Shown here piece by piece: positions 26,487-35,392 of a DNA stretch of 64,000 nt. The notes beneath the pieces are model-generated. The model did no database searches. It was not told where the DNA came from and worked only from the letters and a program-made list of their open reading frames with translations. Made by a program: the position numbers and the translations under genes. Position 1 is the first letter of the stretch, and each line of letters starts with the position of its first letter. Origin of the DNA: a virus. Where the stretch lies: IMG/VR virus record IMGVR_UViG_3300005337_000001, positions 64,001 through 128,000 of that record, one strand, 5' to 3'.

Positions 26487-27151
26487 GCGACTAGGAAGGC
26501 GTAGAACCTGGACAGGAGGTCGGCACCGGCCGAGGTATCCTTGATTATGTTCCGAAGGGGGTAGATGTGTCGAGCCCGCCGGGCCCGGGTCCGCTCCAGA
26601 GCCTGGCTGCCCTTCCACGTCGCTTTGTCCACTTGAGCCAAGGAAATCGAGCGGATGTCCTCCTTGGCGTGCTTCAGGTAGATGTCGGCGTTGTAGTCGC
26701 AGAGCCGGTAGTACCGGTAGATTACCTCCGCCCACTTGCGCATAGGCAGGTTGAAGAACAGCTCCCCGATGACATCCTCGTGCCTCCACATCGTGCCACA
26801 GGCGGGGCACACGATCCCCTGCGAGTTGTTGTACTGGTCGAGCAGCAGCGCCTGGCACTGGTTCTTGCCAAGGCGTGAGCCCGGGCACAGGTAGAGCTTG
26901 TCGTCGCCACCACCATGCAGCTTGGCGCCACTTCCCCAGAAGCTCATCACCCCGGGCGTTGGGTTCGACGTCGACCGCTGCTTGCCGAACAGGATTTCGA
27001 TCTTGAACTTGGCCTTGACCTCTTTGTCCGCCAGCAGCTTGGCGAGCACGGTCGCCTGCTTGGCAAAGCGTTCAGCCTCCTCGTTCGTGAGGATGATCTC
27101 GCCGTCACGCACGTCGTCGTAACGAATCGCTCCTTCATGCTGCTCGGTCAT
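26483..27151 (-). CDS. Hypothetical Zn-ribbon protein
   Basis: YLCPG...C...IVCPACG. Confidence 0.65.
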   Translation of the reverse strand: MTEQHEGAIRYDDVRDGEIILTNEEAERFAKQATVLAKLLADKEVKAKFKIEILFGKQRSTSNPTPGVMSFWGSGAKLHGGGDDKLYLCPGSRLGKNQCQALLLDQYNNSQGIVCPACGTMWRHEDVIGELFFNLPMRKWAEVIYRYYRLCDYNADIYLKHAKEDIRSISLAQVDKATWKGSQALERTRARRARHIYPLRNIIKDTSAGADLLSRFYAFLVA

Positions 27152-27615
27152 CCGCGTTGCCTTGTCTGTGCCATGACGGGCGAGCCAGCTGACTGCGAGC
27201 CCTTGCCCCTGGCGTTCACACCACCACGCACGTCACCTTCCTTGTAGCCAGGTAGCAACTGCCGGGTGAGCTCGACGCGCGCGGGCTGCGACGACGACAT
27301 GATGGTGGCCACGATGTTCTGGTACTGCGCGGCCAGGTCTGGGCTCTGGAAGATGAGTCGCCAGACGTAGCGAATTTTGTCGCCGTGGATGATGTACTTC
27401 TTGGAGATGTCCAGCGTCCACGGGTTACCGGGCTTCTCCGACGTGGTGAGCAGCTGGTAGATGACCGGAGCGAAGAACGCCCAGCGGTCCTGGTGGCTAC
27501 GCCCGGAGATGCGCAGCTGCTTGGCCCCCTCCAGCTCCTCGAGAACCTCGAAGCCACACTTCTGCATGAGCGCAGCGTAAACGTTAGCCTTGGTGATCGG
27601 TGCTGCGTTTGGCAT
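27148..27615 (-). CDS. Hypothetical protein
   Basis: Start MPNAAPITK; operon context. Confidence 0.6.
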   Translation of the reverse strand: MPNAAPITKANVYAALMQKCGFEVLEELEGAKQLRISGRSHQDRWAFFAPVIYQLLTTSEKPGNPWTLDISKKYIIHGDKIRYVWRLIFQSPDLAAQYQNIVATIMSSSQPARVELTRQLLPGYKEGDVRGGVNARGKGSQSAGSPVMAQTRQRG

Positions 27616-28093
27616 TGCCTTCTCGAATGGGGGTGCAGATGATGAACGCTTTGGTGTCTTCGAAGTAGAGGTCCAGCACGGACGAGAAGAAAACCTTCTT
27701 TTTATCGTCGAGCAAGTACGACTCACCGTTGGTGAGCATCGCCTCGATAGAATCGTTGTTCCATGGGATGATGTAGTCGATGTAGTTGCGCCGGTTGATG
27801 GTGCCGAAAGTAACGTTCAGCGTACCGCTCGAGCCGTTCTCAGTGACGAGATGAAGCTTCCCAGACTTGCGGGTCTGCAAAAAGTTCTTGAGGATGTCCA
27901 AGTCGGTGACGCGCACCTCAACCTGGTTGGCGCTGGTCATCGCTTCTTCGATGGCTTCGATCGCTTCCTCCGGCGACTTGAACCCATCACCCTCAGGTAC
28001 CACCACGCCTGGCAGCTTCCACTTCTTGAGCTCCTGCAGCATGGTCTCGTCGAGAGCTCCAGACTGCGTGACAGCGCGCGCTAGTTCACTCAT
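27584..28093 (-). CDS. Hypothetical protein
   Basis: Start MSELARAVTQ; operon context. Confidence 0.6.
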   Translation of the reverse strand: MSELARAVTQSGALDETMLQELKKWKLPGVVVPEGDGFKSPEEAIEAIEEAMTSANQVEVRVTDLDILKNFLQTRKSGKLHLVTENGSSGTLNVTFGTINRRNYIDYIIPWNNDSIEAMLTNGESYLLDDKKKVFFSSVLDLYFEDTKAFIICTPIREGNAKRSTDHQG

Positions 28094-28641
28094 GATTTTG
28101 GTCTTTCCTTCAGGAAGGGGATGGTGATCTTGTAGGAGCGCACCGTATCCGGCAAGGCGGCGCGCCGGCCGTACCCAGCGCACAGGAACAATGCCTCGTC
28201 CGGAAGCTCGGGATCGGCCAAGAACGACAGGCCGTAGCACTCCTCCTTGGCCAGCACTACGTTCGTCGTCCGCGCGTGCCAGGGGAAGAAGAGAGAGTTC
28301 GGCCCGCCGGCGAACGCGATGGGGTTCATCCCATCCATATGCGCCTTGGCGAAGAGCTGGCCCACAGCCGCCGCCGCGTTGGTCTCTGTGAGAAGCCGAA
28401 GCTCTTCCAGCTGCGAGTTACGGATCACAGCGAACGGCATCAGCGTGGCCAGGTCTATCTCGAGCTCGGTCTCCGCTTCATCATCACGACGGAAGCGACG
28501 GTACGTGATCTTGTCCTTGCTCAGAACAATCTCCTGCACCCGCGGGCGCTCGAGGATGCCGGCTACGACCTTCAAGAAACCAGGAACGCCGGTAGCCGGC
28601 GGTACGGGGATCTCTTTCGTCTCTTCGATGTAAGCTGGCAT
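28090..28641 (-). CDS. Hypothetical protein
   Basis: 183 aa; coupled at both ends. Confidence 0.6.
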   Translation of the reverse strand: MPAYIEETKEIPVPPATGVPGFLKVVAGILERPRVQEIVLSKDKITYRRFRRDDEAETELEIDLATLMPFAVIRNSQLEELRLLTETNAAAAVGQLFAKAHMDGMNPIAFAGGPNSLFFPWHARTTNVVLAKEECYGLSFLADPELPDEALFLCAGYGRRAALPDTVRSYKITIPFLKERPKS

Positions 28642-28835
28642 CAGACTTGCTCCGCGTCGTACTTGACCTGTTCCTCGGCGGCTAGTAGCTGCTCAAAGAG
28701 CTGCGTTGCCACAGCGGACAGGCTAGTGCTGTGCCGCTCCACGTAGTCGTGCATCTTCTGCTCGAGCGCTTCAGACACTCTAAGGTGAATCCGCCCGGCC
28801 TTCTTCTTGGCGCGGACCTTCTTGGGTTTTGACAT
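28641..28835 (-). CDS. Ribbon-helix-helix DNA-binding protein
   Basis: RIHLRVSEALEQKMHDYVERHSTSLSAVATQLFEQ matches the beta-alpha-alpha RHH pattern. Confidence 0.65.
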   Translation of the reverse strand: MSKPKKVRAKKKAGRIHLRVSEALEQKMHDYVERHSTSLSAVATQLFEQLLAAEEQVKYDAEQV

Positions 28836-29088
28836 CGGTCTCCACGTACTTTAGGCCATCGAGGTACTCGAAGATGCCCTTGATGTTGGGGAACTTACCG
28901 GACAAGTACTGCACCACCGCGTCGCCAGCGCGGTCGAGTATCTCATCGGTGAGCGGCTGCCCTACGAAGATAGGCGAGATGTGCTCACCGATTTCCTTGA
29001 TGAGCTGCCCGTTCATGCCAATCCACGTGGGCAGCCACATGTAGTTGAGGCTGACCTCACCGGGACCTGTGCGTTGAACGAGCTTCAC
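28780..29088 (-). CDS. Hypothetical protein
   Basis: 102 aa; GAGG SD. Confidence 0.55.
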   Translation of the reverse strand: MKLVQRTGPGEVSLNYMWLPTWIGMNGQLIKEIGEHISPIFVGQPLTDEILDRAGDAVVQYLSGKFPNIKGIFEYLDGLKYVETDVKTQEGPRQEEGRADSP

Positions 29089-29423
29089 AACGTGACCTCG
29101 ACCTCTCCCTCTTCGAGAATGAAGAGCACGTCGCTGGCGCGGATCATGACCTCGTTGTCTTCGAGCAGCATGGCAAAGGCGTGGCCCTGCTTGGTTTCGC
29201 TCGCGCCCTTGAAGAACGGGAAGCGGTCACCCGGCTTCACCTCGGACGGCACGAGGTACTCGCGCTTGAGCTTCTTGCTGTAGAAGCGACGGCCAGGCCC
29301 CACCTCTTTGCATACGGCAAAGCGAATGGGGTCAGGCCCTACTTTGATGATGCCGCCTTTCGTAGTCTTCGGCGCAGGCTCGACTACGGCCACCATCCAA
29401 TCGCTCCAGAGCTCGATCTTCAT
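29085..29423 (-). CDS. groES: Co-chaperonin GroES-like protein
   Basis: DWMVAV..PKTTKGGII..EVGPG..EVKPGDR..MIRASDVL. Confidence 0.8.
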   Translation of the reverse strand: MKIELWSDWMVAVVEPAPKTTKGGIIKVGPDPIRFAVCKEVGPGRRFYSKKLKREYLVPSEVKPGDRFPFFKGASETKQGHAFAMLLEDNEVMIRASDVLFILEEGEVEVTL

Positions 29424-29776
29424 AGCGAAGGTGCAGCTCCGCCGAGGACGTCGACCGTGTCGTCCTTCGGGATGTTCACCGGCGCGCTGTCCTTCTGGAA
29501 CTCGGCGACGCCAGCGGCGAGCCAGTCGGTCATGGGCTTGAGCGTGGAGCACCAGGCGACGGTGTCGCTCGGCGCGTAGTGTTGGCCGCCGACCTCGAAG
29601 AACATGGCCACCGTGGGGCGGCCTTGCTCGTCGTTGTAGTTGACGAAGATCACCTTGCCCTCCACGACGTGCATGACCTTCTGCGAAGGCCCAACGGATG
29701 CGCCGGTGGCGTCGCGCGCCGTGCGTACACCTTGCATACGAGCCGCGAGTGGATTGTTCTGATTACCTAGAGACAT
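29420..29776 (-). CDS. Hypothetical protein
   Basis: Start MSLGNQNNPL. Confidence 0.55.
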   Translation of the reverse strand: MSLGNQNNPLAARMQGVRTARDATGASVGPSQKVMHVVEGKVIFVNYNDEQGRPTVAMFFEVGGQHYAPSDTVAWCSTLKPMTDWLAAGVAEFQKDSAPVNIPKDDTVDVLGGAAPSL

Positions 29777-30464
29777 TTGCTTTGTCCTTCCTGAATTTCT
29801 CGATCTTCGCTTGCAGCTGTTCCTTGGTGATCCAGCTGCCAAATTCGTTCCACTCGCGGGGGTAGTAGAACCGCTCCGCGTGGGTCTTGAGCAAGAGCTC
29901 CACCTTGATGAGGAGCCAACCGCCGGTATCACTCGACGGTCGTACTTCCGTATCGTGAGAACTGAGCCAGTGCTCGATGGTCTGTAAGTCCGACCAGCGC
30001 CCAGTGGCTGGGTGCTCGTAGCGCCAATAACCACCGGCCATGGGCTTGGCTTTGGCGTAGAGCACTTCGCCGAATGCATCGGCCAGGGTGTCGAGACCGT
30101 GGCGCAAGCCCACGCTCTTCGGCACTACATGATCATCGCTCTCGGCGAGTTTGCTCTTGCGTGTGGAGTCACGCAGGTCCAGCACACGGTCGGGCACCGA
30201 GTTGGCCTTGATGTAAGCCACCGGGTCCGTGCGCAGTAGATGCAGCAGCTGTGGCTCAAGCCGCGCTGGTAGCAGGCCCTTACGATCCGTTCGCTTGATG
30301 ACCAAACCTACATGGGGGTCGACTAGCTGAAGACGAAGCGACGCTTCCGTCATCATTTTGGCGAAGCTCCAGTCGCTGAACGCCACAGTAATACTGCTGG
30401 CGGTGATCTCACCTTCGTAATGCTCACCCACGCGCTTGTACGTGAGCTCCACGTCATTCGACAT
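29763..30464 (-). CDS. Hypothetical protein
   Basis: Start MSNDVELTY after AAAGG. Confidence 0.6.
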   Translation of the reverse strand: MSNDVELTYKRVGEHYEGEITASSITVAFSDWSFAKMMTEASLRLQLVDPHVGLVIKRTDRKGLLPARLEPQLLHLLRTDPVAYIKANSVPDRVLDLRDSTRKSKLAESDDHVVPKSVGLRHGLDTLADAFGEVLYAKAKPMAGGYWRYEHPATGRWSDLQTIEHWLSSHDTEVRPSSDTGGWLLIKVELLLKTHAERFYYPREWNEFGSWITKEQLQAKIEKFRKDKANVSR

Positions 30465-30918
30465 CGTTTGCCTTTCGATAGCTGTGCGGCTTGGTGATGC
30501 GATAGATGGCCGCACCCTGTGGACTCGCACCAAAGTGAAACTTGGTTCCGTCTGGCAGCTCGAGCTCGTCCAAGAAGTAGCGCGTCATGCCCCGATACTC
30601 CTTGCCCTTCACCTTCAGGCCGAGCGCCGTCAGCATAGGAACGATGACGTCGGCACAGCACACACGCTCCTCAGGGATGCCAAGACCGTTCAACGCAGCG
30701 AATGCCTCCTGCACCGTCACATCGTAGATGTCGAGCTCGCCGAGCGCTGCTGCACTGATCTGCGGTGTAAGAAAACCTGTGGCTACGCCACCACACGAGA
30801 AGCACGTGTACTTGTTGGGCCAGTACTCGCTGCGCTGACCAACGAGCTGGTCCACTTCGGACATCTCGCCGACTACGTTCAGCGCCTTCTTGCAGTCAGT
30901 GCAGACAATCGAGATCAT
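30454..30918 (-). CDS. Hypothetical Zn-binding protein
   Basis: CTDC...CFSC...CC. Confidence 0.6.
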   Translation of the reverse strand: MISIVCTDCKKALNVVGEMSEVDQLVGQRSEYWPNKYTCFSCGGVATGFLTPQISAAALGELDIYDVTVQEAFAALNGLGIPEERVCCADVIVPMLTALGLKVKGKEYRGMTRYFLDELELPDGTKFHFGASPQGAAIYRITKPHSYRKANDVE

Positions 30919-31607
30919 ATTTGACCGGCGTCTTCTTCACCTTCGGTGTTGCCACCCACGAGGCTGCGTGGGTCCACCAGGCCCGCGCCTTTGATGACAG
31001 GGTTGCCGAAACTGTCGGCCTCGACATGCGGAGCCGTCTTGAGCGGTGAGCGCGCCATGATGTTCGGCACAGGCATGGCCGGCCCCGAGTTGGTGATGCG
31101 AGACACCACCTGGCGAAGCTCTGCCGGACTCGCGGTGGTAGTGTCGCCGATGGCGCTAGCCAACTTGCTTTCGGCTTGAGCCAGCTGTTGTTCGATAGCA
31201 TGCAGCTGAGCTTGATCTTCTCCGGTGTAGTCCCCTCCGAATGGCACGACGTCATCGCCGCCACCACCATCAGAGAAGTCCACCGGCGAGAACGATCGCT
31301 TCTGCAATCCTTCTGACTGAGCGCGCTCCATCTGGCTGAACGCCCCGTCCTCTGGCTCCGACTGCGCCTGAATTGAGGGTGGGGGAGAGGGTGCCCCATC
31401 CACCGAAGCCTGCACGCGCGCGGTCGCTGCCTGAGCTGCAGGGCTGCCACTGTTCATGAAGACGGCGGTCAGCTCAGCGATGACGTCGTCAGCCACAGTG
31501 GCGCGTACCTCCTTGCCCGTAGGTAGCAAAAGCGTGAGGTAGCTGTACGTCTCACCCGTTTGGAACGAGAGAGCTTGGGCAATGCCCACGATTTGAACGA
31601 GCATCAA
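30915..31607 (-). CDS. Hypothetical protein, low-complexity C-terminus
   Basis: 230 aa; ATGA coupling. Confidence 0.55.
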   Translation of the reverse strand: MMLVQIVGIAQALSFQTGETYSYLTLLLPTGKEVRATVADDVIAELTAVFMNSGSPAAQAATARVQASVDGAPSPPPSIQAQSEPEDGAFSQMERAQSEGLQKRSFSPVDFSDGGGGDDVVPFGGDYTGEDQAQLHAIEQQLAQAESKLASAIGDTTTASPAELRQVVSRITNSGPAMPVPNIMARSPLKTAPHVEADSFGNPVIKGAGLVDPRSLVGGNTEGEEDAGQI

Positions 31608-31906
31608 CCAACTCCCGGCGGCGTCTTCTGCCGTACTGCTTCAGCCTCAGCTTTGCGCTGAACGCTAACGAGCTTCGAACCGACGTCAGCCAGCACCACC
31701 AGGTGGCGGCCTTGCCGATCCATGTTCACGAGCACGTGGCAGTGAGCCCACTGCTCGCCGATGTATGCCTTGCCTTCCGGCTTCTGCGGTAGATACGCCA
31801 TGCAGTCTGGCCCGCAGATGCGCGCCTGGTCGCGGTAGCAGCTAGCGCCTTTTATAGGTCCGTCGCTACCTTCCAGAGCTACTTCTTCAGCTTGCTGCAC
31901 CATCAC
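31604..31906 (-). CDS. Hypothetical Cys-containing protein
   Basis: CY...C...C...HC. Confidence 0.55.
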   Translation of the reverse strand: MMVQQAEEVALEGSDGPIKGASCYRDQARICGPDCMAYLPQKPEGKAYIGEQWAHCHVLVNMDRQGRHLVVLADVGSKLVSVQRKAEAEAVRQKTPPGVG

Positions 31907-32315
31907 TCTTCTCCTTGGTTTGTAAAGCCTTGCCCTCGCTCTGCTTCGTGCGCTCGAGAATCACGGCCGTGAGGATGGAATGGCCGATGACTGCGAGGTA
32001 GCGCGCGAACTTCTTGCGGTCGAGCGTGCCCGCCAAGTTGTCGATGTTGCCTTCCAAAAAGCCCCACTTCAACATGAAGCGTAGGTAAGGCAGACCGAGC
32101 TCGCCGGCGAGCAGCCGGCGCACATCGTTCATCATCTCGACGAGCATCGAAGCGTTGCCGAACGTGAACTCGTGTTGGATGGGAACGATCAACAGCTCGT
32201 CGTCCTTGCCTTCCCAGTGGCAGCCACGGCAGCGTGCAGTACTGCCAGCCAACACCGAGAAGTCGACGCTGGCGCTGCCACACTGCGGACAAAACTTGAC
32301 GGTGTCGTTGGTCAC
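31887..32315 (-). CDS. Hypothetical Zn-ribbon protein
   Basis: FCPQCGS...CRGCHW. Confidence 0.65.
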   Translation of the reverse strand: MTNDTVKFCPQCGSASVDFSVLAGSTARCRGCHWEGKDDELLIVPIQHEFTFGNASMLVEMMNDVRRLLAGELGLPYLRFMLKWGFLEGNIDNLAGTLDRKKFARYLAVIGHSILTAVILERTKQSEGKALQTKEKSDGAAS

Positions 32316-32740
32316 AGATGGCCGCCAATCTTCTTCGTGATTCTTCGTGTCGATGCCAATTCTTCCTCCGCGCTACGCGCTACGTGCCGCGTCTTGAGCT
32401 TGCTCTTGACCTGCTTCTGCATCACGGGTGCGATCGACATCGGACCGCGTGCCACCTCGTCCATGAGGTGCTTGATGTGTTGGTTCCTGTCGCTCTTCTG
32501 GATGCGCGACAGGTACGGCATGAGCGTGTCGCGATAGACCTTGAGCGCCTCGTCGGCGGCGTCCTTGTTGATGGTTGCCTGAATGATGGCGCGCGTGCGC
32601 GTGTACTCGACTTGGTCGCGGCGTAAGAGGAGTGCCTGTAGAACGTACGCTTGTACGGACCCCCGAGGAGGCGGCCTCCTCAGCGTCGCAAGCATCAGAT
32701 TCGCTTGCGCCCAACCCTCGGGGGTATCTAGCCATTTCCC
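32312..32740 (-). CDS. Tail assembly chaperone GT-type frameshift extension
   Basis: -1 frame opens at GGGAAAT (32740-32734): GKWLDTPEGWAQANL...; no SD-led start of its own. Confidence 0.65.
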   Translation of the reverse strand, partial: GKWLDTPEGWAQANLMLATLRRPPPRGSVQAYVLQALLLRRDQVEYTRTRAIIQATINKDAADEALKVYRDTLMPYLSRIQKSDRNQHIKHLMDEVARGPMSIAPVMQKQVKSKLKTRHVARSAEEELASTRRITKKIGGHL

Positions 32741-34134
32741 AGGGCCTCGGCTTTGAACAGGTGGCGTACTCGAAGGTCGAACCAAAACCAGTTCACCACC
32801 AAGCTTCCAATCATGTGGAAGTTGAACTTGGCCACCAACCTGTACTTCTTCCAGAAGAGGTCGTTGTCCCAGTTCCCGTTGGCGTCATAGATGTCAGGTA
32901 ACTGACGCTTGTTGATCGCCTTCATCGAAACCGAGAGGCCCATGATGGTGTAGCGGTCGGTGATGTAGCGCTCCATGCCAGCGTTCATCGGCTTGAGATT
33001 CTCCATCTCCTCGCCGAGCAGTCGCTTGATAATGAGGTCCTCGTCGCCGCCGTACGATTGAAACTCCGGCTCAAATTTGCCTGGGATGATCGGCACAGTC
33101 TGCGTCACACGTCCGTTGATGACCAGGTCGCTCAGGTCCAGGGGCGCGAGCCGCGCTTCGATGATCTTTTTTTGGTCTTCGTTGTTGAGCAGATCCTTGT
33201 AGATGGCGTTGCGCAGACGAGTGATGTCGAACTCGTCCATCTCGTCCAGGAGGTTCTTCTTTTCCTCGCCCGACATCGCAGCCTTCGTAACGCCAGCGCC
33301 CTGCCCTGCGACGCCGCGCTGCGCCTCTTCCGCAATGCGCTGGTCCTCACCGACGAGACCACGCTCGGCGCGGTCTCGTTCCGCGTTGAACTTCTCGAGC
33401 GCAGCGAGTCCTGCAGCTGTCTCCGCGCTGACCTGAGGCACGTTCTGCTGCGTCTTGGCACCACCAACCTGACGCGCACCAGGTTGCATGCGCTGTTGGA
33501 AATGCTGCGGTGCAATGAATTGGCCGCTGCGAAGCACACCGTACTTCACCGCCATCTCAGGCTGGTTCATGGCGACCATGTCACCTTGCCCCTGGCGGAA
33601 GGCTGGGTCTTGGCGCGCGGTAGCGGGCAGCATGTCACCTGGAGCCAAGCCGCTTGGCATGGCGGGTCCGCCCGCACGCTGCTGTTGCGGAGGCGGCACC
33701 AAGTGCTCGACGCCCGACACGATGCCCGCCGGCGCTGGCAGCCCAGCAGGCCGACCGAGCGCTGGCTCCGACGGCACCATGGCAGGGTCGAAGGAAGGCT
33801 GCGGCAGAGGGCGCATCGCCGCCGCCTGCGCCGCCATGGTCAGCCCGCCGACGGCTTCGCTGTCGAGCCGCGGGATGGACATGTCGGGACCACCGGCGAC
33901 AGGGTCGGTGTAGCGCGGGATCGGCGCCGGCCGGCGCCGCTCAGCAGCGCCAGCGGCGTACCGCAGCGCAGCTGGGTCGGAGATGCCAGGGTGTACGAAA
34001 GGCTGCGGAGCTGTGGGGTCGCCGCCGAGCCGCGTGGGATTTGACGGGTCCCTGCGCGTCGTCGTGGAGGGTATCCCCGGACCGCCAGGTGACTCGATTA
34101 TGGTGCCGCTACCGCCGTCTTCACGCTTCGCCAT
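32728..34134 (-). CDS. Putative tail assembly chaperone (G-type) with Pro-rich N-terminal extension
   Basis: Ends CTG GGA AAT GGC TAG (G GGA AAT slippery heptamer); folded C-terminal domain. Confidence 0.6.
   Translation of the reverse strand: MAKREDGGSGTIIESPGGPGIPSTTTRRDPSNPTRLGGDPTAPQPFVHPGISDPAALRYAAGAAERRRPAPIPRYTDPVAGGPDMSIPRLDSEAVGGLTMAAQAAAMRPLPQPSFDPAMVPSEPALGRPAGLPAPAGIVSGVEHLVPPPQQQRAGGPAMPSGLAPGDMLPATARQDPAFRQGQGDMVAMNQPEMAVKYGVLRSGQFIAPQHFQQRMQPGARQVGGAKTQQNVPQVSAETAAGLAALEKFNAERDRAERGLVGEDQRIAEEAQRGVAGQGAGVTKAAMSGEEKKNLLDEMDEFDITRLRNAIYKDLLNNEDQKKIIEARLAPLDLSDLVINGRVTQTVPIIPGKFEPEFQSYGGDEDLIIKRLLGEEMENLKPMNAGMERYITDRYTIMGLSVSMKAINKRQLPDIYDANGNWDNDLFWKKYRLVAKFNFHMIGSLVVNWFWFDLRVRHLFKAEALGNG
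32734..32740 (-). other. -1 programmed ribosomal frameshift site GGGAAAT
   Basis: X XXY YYZ in the correct frame, one codon before the stop; overlapping -1 ORF. Confidence 0.7.
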
Positions 34135-34145
34135 GCATCTCCATT

Positions 34146-34168
34146 CTTGGCGTACACTTGGCGTACAC
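34146..34168. repeat. 11-bp tandem direct repeat (CTTGGCGTACA x2), possible operator
   Basis: Intergenic, immediately upstream of the 34134 start. Confidence 0.5.
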
Positions 34169-34184
34169 CAAAACAAGTAGCTAG

Positions 34185-34210
34185 AAAAAAGGCCTCGGTC
34201 AAGCCGGGGC
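34185..34210 (-). terminator. Possible Rho-independent terminator
   Basis: GCCCCGG-CTTGA-CCGAGGC (one mismatch) followed by C-T6. Confidence 0.4.
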
Positions 34211-34669
34211 AGAGTCTGAGACCAGCGCTGCCAGCAATTCCGTGGGGGAAATGCCGACAGGAACCTCGCCCAGCTGGGCCAGGACCAAGCCGGTGAGCCG
34301 CGAAACCGGACGCCACGGCTCCCATGGATCCACACGCAGCAGCAGGTGGGCGAGCTGCACACGCGTCTCGCCGAGCTCCACGCTGTGGTTGGGGATGAGC
34401 AGCTGCGACAGCGACTTGCCCTGCAGTAGCAGCAACGCGGTGGTGCGCTCGAGCACGAGCTCGGGGATGTCGACGCGCATCCACGAGATCCACTTGCCCT
34501 GCACGTTGGAGCGCAGCGCCGTCGTCTGCATGAAGTCGAATGAAGCGACCGGGTTGGGCCAGTCGCTTCGTCTCCAGATTACTTGTCCGGGACTTTTGAA
34601 AAGCCCTTCGGTGGTGGTGGGAGCGGTGGCTCCGGAGCCTTGATAATCCTGAGCGAGTACCTCTTGCAT
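34199..34669 (-). CDS. Hypothetical protein (start uncertain)
   Basis: Leu-rich C-terminal part looks coding. Confidence 0.4.
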   Translation of the reverse strand: MQEVLAQDYQGSGATAPTTTEGLFKSPGQVIWRRSDWPNPVASFDFMQTTALRSNVQGKWISWMRVDIPELVLERTTALLLLQGKSLSQLLIPNHSVELGETRVQLAHLLLRVDPWEPWRPVSRLTGLVLAQLGEVPVGISPTELLAALVSDSAPA

Positions 34670-34727
34670 CGTGGACACTTTCCGAACTCTGAATCGCTGG
34701 GCGACGGCGGCACCATGTCGCCAGGCT

Positions 34728-35120
34728 TCAGCCCCGCGGAGAGTCCTTGTTCGAAGACACGGGTGCCGCCGCATGGATGCGTGCCAACGTGCGTACATGC
34801 GGCGGTGTAGCTTCCGTAGAGGGGGTGGGTTGGCATGACTTTTCTTTCGCGCGGTGCTCTTCCATCTTCAAGATTTCCTCGAGCACCTGCCGTTTCGACG
34901 GTTCACCAGCTGGCCCCTCGGGGAAAGAGAACTTGCCCTCGACCAGAGAGATTCGAATCGACTCCCTAGCAATGACGAGCAGGTACTTGAGCTCGCGCTC
35001 GAGGCGTTCATGGAAGTGCTGCGCCATCGTGTGGCAGCTCTCGCACAAGAACACCTCAGCGAAAAACTTACCGGCGCCAGGCGCTACGTCGGCTTTGCAA
35101 TTCAGACAGGGCAGGTTCAT
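34728..35120 (-). CDS. Hypothetical Zn-finger protein
   Basis: CLNC...LCESC. Confidence 0.6.
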   Translation of the reverse strand: MNLPCLNCKADVAPGAGKFFAEVFLCESCHTMAQHFHERLERELKYLLVIARESIRISLVEGKFSFPEGPAGEPSKRQVLEEILKMEEHRAKEKSCQPTPSTEATPPHVRTLARIHAAAPVSSNKDSPRG

Positions 35121-35392
35121 CCGGTTTGTTGCACCTTGTCAGAGGTGCGTTCCCAAAGAGTAGACCACGCATCATCACGCTCTTCGGCCTCGGCGGGTAC
35201 ATAAATGATGCGCTTGATGAGCCTCCAGGGAATTACCAGGGCGCAGCTGTCCTTGTTCACTAGCGACAGAACCGAGCTGTCGGCGAGCGCGTTGGCCAGC
35301 GCCTTCCTCAGATCGGCAGCGCGCACGTTCAAGAATTGGAAGAAGTCCCCCTCTTCCGTCTCGATAGCAACGTCTTGTACTTCAGTCATCAC
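35117..35392 (-). CDS. Hypothetical protein
   Basis: 91 aa; operon context. Confidence 0.55.
   Translation of the reverse strand: MMTEVQDVAIETEEGDFFQFLNVRAADLRKALANALADSSVLSLVNKDSCALVIPWRLIKRIIYVPAEAEERDDAWSTLWERTSDKVQQTG

Noticed and set aside
25073-28835. GNAT toxin plus RHH antitoxin pair
   Set aside because: Genes are 3 kb apart on opposite strands, not the adjacent bicistron of AtaRT/TacAT systems
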